DNA of 63,987 bases, filler included, from Trichomonas gallinae (taxonomy: Eukaryota): assembly GCA_008369845.1 (NCBI GenBank). It is 4 parts of 4 records of this genome, joined end to end, with 100 filler letters (N's around TTAATTAATTAA, not from the genome) between each part and the next. Parts side by side here need not be neighbours in the genome. Positions count along the whole stretch, not along the records: positions 41,389 to 62,747 come from MRSU01000488.1; positions 62,848 to 63,987 come from MRSU01000537.1; 2 more parts are not named here. One strand, 5' to 3'. Of this stretch, positions 55,572-63,987 are shown one piece after another. The notes under the pieces are model-generated. The model had not been told where the DNA came from, searched no databases, and was given only the letters and a program-made list of their open reading frames with translations. Position numbers and translations under genes: made by a program. Each line of letters begins with the position of its first letter. The stretch's first letter is position 1.

Positions 55572-56060
55572 TATTGGCAAAAAAATGAAAATTCAATAAC
55601 ATTCTTGAAATTTTTGGAAGTTTTCTCACTTTTCAACCTTTGCGTCACTTTTGACATCTACATTTATATTGGGAATTGTTATCAGAGAAGGGGTGTCAAC
55701 AACAGGGCTATAATTATGAAAGATATTTTGAAATTTCTCAATTATATTGCAACGATCTTTCTTCAATGATATAAACTGAAAGATTTGCTCAAACTCTATA
55801 AATATGTACCTATAGAGTTGTTCTTATGTCTAAACATTCTCGTTATAAGAAATCCATTCACTGATCATTTCTAGAAATGGCTATTTTTTTTATAAAAAAA
55901 AAATCAACATACATAAAATTTTGACAAAAACAATTTGTTATGTAAATTTTGCAAATTCTTCCAAATATGACAATCTGTCATGTAAAACAAGAATTTCTTG
56001 TTTTTTATTAAAACTCCATTATTACTCAAACAATGTACATATTTATTAAAATAACACAAA

Positions 56061-57347
56061 TTAAATACTATATCTTCTAATATTTTTCAGATAAGACGAA
56101 GAACTTTGCTTCATGATCCTTTCAACTTTCTCATGGTCAGCTTTTCTTGCTCTTTCTTCAGCTTTTTCTGCCAAAAGCTGAGCTTTCGCAAGATATTGTT
56201 CTTCGCGTTTTTTCCGAAGTTCCGCAGCTCTTTCTGCCCTTCTCTGTCTCTTTTCAGCACTTTCTTTTGCCTCGAGCCTCTTCTGTTCCAACACTTCCCT
56301 CAGTCTCTGTTGTGCTACATGATTTTTCTCTTCAACACTTTGCTCAAGCCTTTGCTGCATTTGAATTCTCATGTTTTGATTTTTCATTTTTATTTCGTTT
56401 TGCTTTTGTCTTTTTTCAGCCATTTTTTCTTCTTCACGTCTCCTTTCTTCTAAAAGTCTCTGCCTTACTGCATATTCCCTCATTAATCTTTCTTCTACCT
56501 TCTGTCTCTGCTCTTTTTCGCGACTGGACTCGATTTCTTTCAAATGCTCTCTAGCGCTTAATATTTTGATTTCTCTCGCGACGCCGATTATATAAGCATT
56601 TTGCAGTCTATCTCTTCGACTTTGTTCGGTTTTGTCTATTATCTGTTTCTCACGCTCCTCGGCTGCTATCCTTTTCTCAGCCTCTCTGCGGGCTTTCTCT
56701 TCTTGTATCCTCTGCAATCTCATTTTTCTGTTCTCTTCTCTTTTAGAGATTAATGCTTCATCAATTGCGCGTTTCACAGCTGGATTTAACGAAGAAGGCG
56801 GAGATTCATTAGTAACAGAACTTATATCATCGAATAAGAGTCCATTGATATCATTAGAAACCAATGGTGAGTCGCTATTGTTCTGTAATTCTGAGATTAT
56901 TTCTTCACGCTTCTGTTTTACTGCTTCTATTAACTTATCGCGTTTTTTGTATTCCTTTTGTCGAATAATGCGTAACAAACGTTTAGAAGTTGCTCTAGAA
57001 GAAATTTTTTCATTACTTGGATATTGTAAGTCAGATGCCGATATTCCAAGCTGATTTAAAGCATCTATAGTAAATTGTTCAGTGAATTCTGGTGGTTTGT
57101 AAGGATTAAAATTTAAAATTGAATCTCCTTGTGGAATATGCTTCTTCAAATTGCGATTTTTCTTGCATTTCTTTGGTTTTAGTTGCTTTGTCGGCTTTGC
57201 TTTCTTTTTTGGACTATAATCCATTGAATTTGAATTCGTATTTATGTCATCATTAGGTTTAAACGTGAGAATTTCCGTCTTCATGTCTTTATTTAGTTCA
57301 TTGGATGACTTATTGTCACTGTCATCGTACAAAACACTTAAATCCAT
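56061..57347 (-). CDS. Charged coiled-coil / single-alpha-helix (E/R/K-rich) protein
   Basis: 428 aa ORF; C-terminal half is E/R/K/Q helical. Confidence 0.85.
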   Translation of the reverse strand: MDLSVLYDDSDNKSSNELNKDMKTEILTFKPNDDINTNSNSMDYSPKKKAKPTKQLKPKKCKKNRNLKKHIPQGDSILNFNPYKPPEFTEQFTIDALNQLGISASDLQYPSNEKISSRATSKRLLRIIRQKEYKKRDKLIEAVKQKREEIISELQNNSDSPLVSNDINGLLFDDISSVTNESPPSSLNPAVKRAIDEALISKREENRKMRLQRIQEEKARREAEKRIAAEEREKQIIDKTEQSRRDRLQNAYIIGVAREIKILSAREHLKEIESSREKEQRQKVEERLMREYAVRQRLLEERRREEEKMAEKRQKQNEIKMKNQNMRIQMQQRLEQSVEEKNHVAQQRLREVLEQKRLEAKESAEKRQRRAERAAELRKKREEQYLAKAQLLAEKAEERARKADHEKVERIMKQSSSSYLKNIRRYSI

Positions 57348-57492
57348 GAATGTCTAATTTTTTAAACGTACACTTTTACGGCAGAAAAATCAAAAAGTGA
57401 CAAAATTTTAAAATCCGAAAAGTGACACAATTTTCATAATTTCAAAATCTCAGATTACAAGTGATTTCAGACATTCTTCTTATTCATATTCG
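57348..57492. promoter_or_regulatory. Compact bidirectional promoter with two AAAGTGAC motifs
   Basis: 145 bp between head-to-head ATGs. AAAGTGAC at 57394 and 57419; Inr-like TCAT at about 57484 just before ATG 57493. Confidence 0.6.
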
Positions 57493-60400
57493 ATGCAGCC
57501 TCCTACAAAAATTGCTAGTTCTTCGTTGCAAGATAAAAACGAGAGCAAAAAATATCCAATAAAGAATAAATTAATAAATGAATCATCGATAACATCACAA
57601 GAATACTCAGTAAGTACATTATACCACAGTAATTTATCTCCCAAAACGCAAAATCAAATATTTGAAAATCAAAATTCAACAAAATTCAAAAATCATTCAA
57701 TGCATTCATATACAAGTCAAAACAATACGAATCATTTAGATAAATCTGGAAAATATTTAAGTCAAAATAATTTGATTGAAAATTCTTTTGAAAACGCTCA
57801 AAATAATGACATATTTACTGGAAACAACCATAATACAGCACCAATTAAGCTCCTTCTTAATCAACAAAGGAATATTAATAAAAATCCCGAAAAATCATTT
57901 AATTATTCGAACGATACGCTTTCTATGTTTTTTTCTACTGCAACTCATGATATTAATGGTAAGTTAGTTTTGCCAATCATACGAAATTTATATCAAGAAA
58001 ATATGTCTTATATTAACCTAGAAATACCAAACAATGTTTTATCTGGTCAAGATTACATCGCTTGTGATTCAACAGTATACAGAGACGATGATAAAAAACC
58101 ATATTTAAATGCAATTGTACAAAAAACTATAAATATCGAACAACGAGTTTACTTAGATGATTATAATACAAAATATGCACTTGATGAAAGAATTCCTAAT
58201 TCTAAACACGATAAATATGGAAATTTAATTGTTAGAATCTCCAAACTTCAAAATTCTGATTCAAAAGATGAAACTTCATGGAAAGAAGTTGAAGAAGAAA
58301 TCAATGAACCTGTTATTGCTACAAAAGATTTTGTTTCTTTAAATCCGATAATTTATTATAAAGGAAACAAGCGTTTTATTAAAGTATTTCGACAAAGAAA
58401 GAACACAAAAACTCATCAAATCGAGAATTTTGAATCTGAAGAAGAAATTCCTGAAATTCCAATAATGAAAGAAACAGAATTAAATATTCAAGAATCCGAC
58501 GTATGGAAGATATCTGGTCATGTTTTTAGGATAATCAATAAATCAAACATCTTGAGATTGCAAGAATTATCAAAAATTAAACAAGAAAATAACATCATGG
58601 ATCAAAATAGATCAGCAACATCAAACATACAAGAGACATCAAAAATTAATGCTGAGAACAATATCATGAATCAAAATAGATCTGTTATATCAAGCATACA
58701 AGAACAATCTAAAATCAAACCAGAAAATTATATTATGGAGAAAAAGAATTCTGTAATATCAAGCATACAAGATTTATCAAAAATTAATCCAGACAATAAA
58801 AAATATGTAAGAAAAGTTTCTGTTATTCGAAAAAAGAAAAATTCTACAATGGAATTTACTGAAGAAGAAAATGTTCCTGACTATGCCATTGGAAATTCTG
58901 ATTTCTTGGCTGTAGATCCAACGGTTTATAAAAGAAATGATGGAACATCATATTTCAAAGCAATCAAAAAACGGAGAAACACGAAAACAAATAAAAATGA
59001 AAATTACGAATGCGAAGAAACAATCAATGAAAGTGATTTATCTGAAGCTCCTCCTTTTAACATTGATTCTCTTCCAAAATCTAAATCGCAAATTCCGTTG
59101 ATAAAAATAGCAAAACCAATTAAAAATTTATCAGGAGAAACAGAAATGATATTTGTAGAAAAAGAAGTTCACTTCCAAGCTTTAAATGGTCCTGATTTCA
59201 TCTGTCCAACACAAGCAGTATATAGGGACGAAAATGGAAAGCTTTACACTAATGTTTATAGGATGAGAAGAAACGCAAAATTAATGAGATTCGAGAATTA
59301 TGAAAGAACAGAATTCATCGAAGATACAGATCCAAATACTTCGAATAGAAAAGTCATTCGAGAAAGATATGATGCATTAAACAGGCCAGAAGAATTTTTG
59401 ATAAATGATGAAGAACAAAATTCTAAATTGCCGAAAATTTTCTTCCCTTGCTTCAGAAAGAGATGGAATCCTTATTCAGCTATATACGAATTTTATGAAT
59501 GTAGGTGTGAAGTTTCAAAGAACCAAAGAGATCAAAGTGGAAAATATTTCATAAAAGTAATTGACAATAAATCAAATATAATCAAAAAAGAATTAACGGA
59601 AGACAATTATGATGAAATCAGGAACATGAATATAAGATTCATCAAGAAACATGAAAATGTCATTCACATCAGAATCAATGGAAACAAACTCGAAGCTTAC
59701 AGCAAGAATGAAATCATTTACGAACCCGAATTTTCAAATGACAACAAACAAATGGTTTTAGCCAAGGAACTTGATGTTACAAAAATTGTTTATGACAAAA
59801 ATAGTCTCAAGCCAATTGAGGTCTATGATCAAATCTCAGTTTATAAGCCAAACAAGCTACCAAAGATTGTTGAGCATCCAATGTTAAGAAATTCCAAAGA
59901 TAAGATTCTTAAGATTAAAGCTAGATCAAAATCAGTTGAGCCAAAATCAAAATCAAAACAAATTCGCTCGAGTTCAGTTTCACGAAATTCAAACAAAGCT
60001 AATAATAAACTTGAATTCAAGCATGTTGTTCCAAACATATATGTTATGAATTCAAACAAACAAAAAATTAATGATGAATTTGAGTCCCCAGTTCATAGAA
60101 GCGTTTCGGTTGAACCAAAGAGAAATAATATAGCAAAATCATCAGCAACTCATCGATCAGCCTCTATAGATTTCAAGCCAAAATCAATTCTCAAGAAGCC
60201 AACAAACAACGAAAAGCCAAAAGAACTCAAAATCGTCAGAATAAACTTGGATGAAAATGTTAACGAAAAATATCATGATAAGAATGAAAAGCATGAAAAA
60301 ATCAGGGTTAAAAAGATTGTTCGAAAGAAGATCAAAGTCAACAATGAATCATTAAAGCCTTCTATGTCTACTGGAGATATTCAGCCAATCAAATCATCGC

Positions 60401-61515
60401 CGAAACAAGCACCACCTCCACCACTTTTACTTCCATTCAGCGGCATTGCTTATAAAGTTTCTGAACCAGAGAAAATTGCAGAGTCTCCTGATGATCTTCT
60501 TAAGCAACTTTCTGCTGATGTAGGTGAAATGGGTGGCAAAACACGCTCAGCGATCAACATCAGGAGTCCAACAGTCGATAAAACTCCAAAACTTCACGTA
60601 AAAGGTTCTCTGAGGTTCGAAGGAATCAAAGACATGAAGAGTTTCGACAGTAATCTTTCATCTTCACAACCAGTATTTTCTCTTCCAGCTCTTGAAGGCT
60701 CAGAAACAATATTATTGACAACCGAACCATCAAATTTTGACGAAAATTCTCAAATTAATCAAGAAATTAACTTGCAAAGAAATGATATTAATGAATATAA
60801 ATTTACTAGTTCTGTGACAGAAAATAATTTACTAGGCAATGATATTACAACAGTTAGTAATGAATCAAAAATTGGTTCTGTGTTGGTTGTTGAAAATCCA
60901 AAATTTATGATAAACAATAATTCTTCAAAGGAAAAAAGAGAAGAGAATCCGAAGGTTTCATTGATTAAAGCGCAAGATAGCGACAATATTAAGATTGATA
61001 TAAGTGATGACGATTTTAGTCATAGCACTGCATCAGATGACGACGTTTTCATGATACATTTCAATGGTCAGTCAGATGATGAAAATTTTGTTCCTTTCAG
61101 GAATGAAATGACAACATCAGATGAAGATGATGACTACATAATACCAACAAGAAGAAATATACAAAAGAAATTAATTCCAAATGATGATTACAACATTACA
61201 GAAATGAGGCAGGAAGAATCGACAACAATCAAAAATATTGAAAATGATCAGAACGAAAATGAAGGAACTTTATCAATGAAAGCTTCGAAGAAAGATACTG
61301 AAATTATAGAATCTAACCCGTCTAGTGAAGAAAAAATTATTAATAATGAAAAAGAAGAAGCAAAACAATTTAGTTTCGATGAAGCTTTTTATTATGATGC
61401 GCCTGTGATGTTTAACAGCGAGTTTGTTGTCCATAATGACAGTAATTATTATATCAGCAGCACCAACGATAGCGATGAATACTATTATTCTGAATCAAAT
61501 GAAGAAGAAAGTTAA
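57493..61515 (+). CDS. Hypothetical 1340 aa protein with four dispersed repeats and a 23-aa tandem repeat
   Basis: 4 kb uninterrupted ORF; D[FY]xxx[DN]PxVY...RxNxK...EN[YF]E repeats; disordered acidic C-terminus. Confidence 0.85.
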   Translation: MQPPTKIASSSLQDKNESKKYPIKNKLINESSITSQEYSVSTLYHSNLSPKTQNQIFENQNSTKFKNHSMHSYTSQNNTNHLDKSGKYLSQNNLIENSFENAQNNDIFTGNNHNTAPIKLLLNQQRNINKNPEKSFNYSNDTLSMFFSTATHDINGKLVLPIIRNLYQENMSYINLEIPNNVLSGQDYIACDSTVYRDDDKKPYLNAIVQKTINIEQRVYLDDYNTKYALDERIPNSKHDKYGNLIVRISKLQNSDSKDETSWKEVEEEINEPVIATKDFVSLNPIIYYKGNKRFIKVFRQRKNTKTHQIENFESEEEIPEIPIMKETELNIQESDVWKISGHVFRIINKSNILRLQELSKIKQENNIMDQNRSATSNIQETSKINAENNIMNQNRSVISSIQEQSKIKPENYIMEKKNSVISSIQDLSKINPDNKKYVRKVSVIRKKKNSTMEFTEEENVPDYAIGNSDFLAVDPTVYKRNDGTSYFKAIKKRRNTKTNKNENYECEETINESDLSEAPPFNIDSLPKSKSQIPLIKIAKPIKNLSGETEMIFVEKEVHFQALNGPDFICPTQAVYRDENGKLYTNVYRMRRNAKLMRFENYERTEFIEDTDPNTSNRKVIRERYDALNRPEEFLINDEEQNSKLPKIFFPCFRKRWNPYSAIYEFYECRCEVSKNQRDQSGKYFIKVIDNKSNIIKKELTEDNYDEIRNMNIRFIKKHENVIHIRINGNKLEAYSKNEIIYEPEFSNDNKQMVLAKELDVTKIVYDKNSLKPIEVYDQISVYKPNKLPKIVEHPMLRNSKDKILKIKARSKSVEPKSKSKQIRSSSVSRNSNKANNKLEFKHVVPNIYVMNSNKQKINDEFESPVHRSVSVEPKRNNIAKSSATHRSASIDFKPKSILKKPTNNEKPKELKIVRINLDENVNEKYHDKNEKHEKIRVKKIVRKKIKVNNESLKPSMSTGDIQPIKSSPKQAPPPPLLLPFSGIAYKVSEPEKIAESPDDLLKQLSADVGEMGGKTRSAINIRSPTVDKTPKLHVKGSLRFEGIKDMKSFDSNLSSSQPVFSLPALEGSETILLTTEPSNFDENSQINQEINLQRNDINEYKFTSSVTENNLLGNDITTVSNESKIGSVLVVENPKFMINNNSSKEKREENPKVSLIKAQDSDNIKIDISDDDFSHSTASDDDVFMIHFNGQSDDENFVPFRNEMTTSDEDDDYIIPTRRNIQKKLIPNDDYNITEMRQEESTTIKNIENDQNENEGTLSMKASKKDTEIIESNPSSEEKIINNEKEEAKQFSFDEAFYYDAPVMFNSEFVVHNDSNYYISSTNDSDEYYYSESNEEES

Positions 61516-61637
61516 TAAGTTTAATTTATATATATAAAACTCATGTATTTATTTTAATTATTATATTATTTTTTTTATCAGGAAAGGTAATTAAATAGGT
61601 AATTCTTCCTATTTTCAATAATTGCATAGGAATACTT

Positions 61638-62160
61638 TTATCTTTTTTTTTTAAAAAAAAAAGATGATACATATATATTTAAATAGAACACAACTTTATA
61701 AATAATGTATCTATTTTTCATTAATGAATAAATAAGTGCTCCTGAATCATCCATTCCAAAATCGCAAACAATCATTGGTAAATCTTTAGAAACATCCGAC
61801 ATCATCAATCCCTCAATTGCTGTTTTTGTTATCTTCAAAACTTCATATGTTTGACTTGAGTTTGGTTCTTTGATATCAAACTTTTGCTCAATCGGATTCT
61901 TTTGAATATGAAGATTTCCATTGTATAAATTTGATACAATTTCATGTGCCTCGTGGAGATAATCAAGTTTACATTGTATTGTAAGCATTAACTTTACGAA
62001 TCATTCTTCGTCGAATTTCGAATTGTTCTGTGATATAGTTCAACAACCGATAAACATCTCCAATTCTTTTCAACTTGATTAAACCTTGTTTTGGCTCACG
62101 GATGAAAGAAAAGACTGAATCAATAATAGAATAAACTTCATCAAAGGATTTAGATTGCAT
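61638..62160 (-). pseudogene. Probable frameshifted gene remnant, family unknown
   Basis: Two overlapping minus-strand ORFs (61969-62160, 61638-61988) in different frames with coding-like composition, decaying into homopolymers. Confidence 0.4.
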
Positions 62161-62359
62161 TAATTTTCTAACAATTGGATTTGTATTTGTAACCCATACT
62201 TTCTTATATACAAGAATATATTAACATTAAAAACCTTCCAAAACTTTTTTAATATCGAATATTGAACAAAAGATATATTTTAACAAGATAAACTCTATAT
62301 TATTTTCCCAAGTAGATACTATAAATGGAGATGATCCATCTTAGGAATTATGATTTTAT

Positions 62360-62747
62360 TTAATGTTCATAGATTGTTGTTTTTGTTAATTGTATTTTTG
62401 TTATAATTGGAAACTCCTGACAAAATTGGTTTGTATGATTATCGATCAGTGGAATGTAAAACCTTTCTAGGGTCAAACCATGTTTATCATTCCAATTTCC
62501 TTTTTTCACGCAATCAACAACTTGTTGGGTGTATTTACATATTTTATCTATATCAACATTATACAATATTTTATCGTGCCATACATCTAATTGATGCACG
62601 CCTACAAGAAAAATTTTTGAGCAAATCGCAAGTTGCATATTTGCATCATCTCTAATCCCAGTAAATCCTAAACACATTCCTGTATGCGGTGCCATGAATA
62701 ATGCATTGTATATATGAGATCCTGATGGAGAAACAAGGATTTTGATC
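62360..62747 (-). CDS. C-terminal part of a GT61/DUF563-like glycosyltransferase, truncated by the gap
   Basis: The frame is open up to the gap and reads IKILVSPSGSHIYNALFMAPHTGMCLGF, matching the GT61 xxxxxGSxxxNxxFM motif. Confidence 0.7.
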
Positions 62748-62847
62748 NNNNNNNNNNNNNNNNNNNNNNNNNNNNNNNNNNNNNNNNNNNNTTAATTAAT
62801 TAANNNNNNNNNNNNNNNNNNNNNNNNNNNNNNNNNNNNNNNNNNNN
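62748..62847. other. Artificial contig spacer (N44-TTAATTAATTAA-N44)
   Basis: Same structure as the other two spacers. Confidence 0.95.
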
Positions 62848-63987
62848 TTTCGTATGCAAAACTTGTTTGCCCATCGAGTTGAAAAAATTCATTACGACAA
62901 AGTTGTTCAAAACGCCCAAGCAAATACCGAATATAAGAGTATGTACATTGCTCTACACAGCCACATTGCCATTTTACGATCTGTTTTTCAGACTATAATT
63001 TCATCCGGTTGAAAAAAAAATTAATATAGTTTGACGAAAAATAAAGAAAGGTTTACAGAGAGTGATATAAACCACATCATTTTCATTGAAATGTGCTGGC
63101 TTATATCCCGATATCAAAATTTCAACATTTTATTTTCGAAAACATCGACAATATTCGAACATACACAATAGAACAACTGTTTAAATATTTGATATCTGGA
63201 CTTTTACAAGCTGTTTCCCTTAAGAATACATATTTGCATTTTTATATACAAACAGATCCTCAAAAATTGTCGATAAATCAGATTATGTAGCCGCGCTTGT
63301 ACCAACAATATATATTTTCTCGTCATTTCATCTATTATTTTCTTTGGAAATAAAATATCAGTCAAAACAACATTTAATTACTATTCACTCTAAAACATTT
63401 TCGATATGATAGCCATTAATGCGTTACAATTCATAAATTACGTTAAGATTCCAAATTTATTTATACTTATCATAACAGTATATATTTATTTTACTAATAT
63501 AATTATATTGGTGTATTTTCAAGAGTTTAATAATGGATTAAATAAAATAATATGATTTGATATCATCAAAATTCTTTGCTTTTGTCATGCACTCTAATAG
63601 AGAAGCATTTATATATGATAACTTTGAAACATTTTTAAATTTAAACTAATAAGACATAGATATTTATCTAGTCGAATCACACATGTTACTTACGTATAAA
63701 TATTATTTTATCATATATATTTTTTGCCACAACATTCGATAACATATCTAAGTACTATACTTTCTACAATTGTCAACATTAGAGTGTTATTTAATATCAA
63801 AATTTTTTTATTACAAAATAATGGCCCAAATCAGCAATATTATAAAATACTACATATTACAATAATGCATGTAAGAATTCTGTTAAAAATTTTCAATATT
63901 ATTTTTCATATATAGTCCTCCAAAAATTTGTTTTCTGATATATTCATAGAAAATTTTGTATAGTCTCTAATCCTCCAAAAATAAATA

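Noticed and set aside
17565..62803. TTAATTAATTAA palindromes embedded in N-runs (three times)
   Set aside because: Identical 44-12-44 layout with six-frame stops shows an assembly linker, not biology.
62848..63987. Short ORFs after the last spacer
   Set aside because: Under 70 aa, no recognisable motifs, AT-rich.

Overview
AT-rich, apparently intron-less eukaryotic DNA that reads as a trichomonad (Trichomonas-like, Parabasalia) draft scaffold. The evidence is GP63-like and M60-like surface proteins, an IBP39-type initiator-binding-domain gene, Inr and AAAGTGAC promoter motifs, and expanded ankyrin/Myb/BEACH families. It consists of four contigs joined by artificial N44-TTAATTAATTAA-N44 spacers, so adjacency across 17521-17620, 41289-41388 and 62748-62847 is unproven. 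About 16 intact genes are present: two GP63-like, cofilin, M60-like, thioredoxin-fold, GH47-like, a large Ser/Asp/Lys repeat protein, a beta-helix-like protein, Myb, coiled-coil proteins, BEACH, HMG-box, HPS1-like, CHD remodeller, GT31 and a repeat-domain protein. There are also several ankyrin/IBD pseudogenes and DNA-transposon ends. The most striking pattern is in the first 20 kb: five intact secretory-pathway genes from four enzyme families (M8 x2, M60, thioredoxin/PDI, GH47) have all lost their catalytic residues. Other leads are an HPS1 (BLOC-3) homologue, a candidate structured RNA at about 44.5 kb and a recurrent intergenic TTACAYGWCA motif. All family assignments are from motif recognition by eye; no searches were run.
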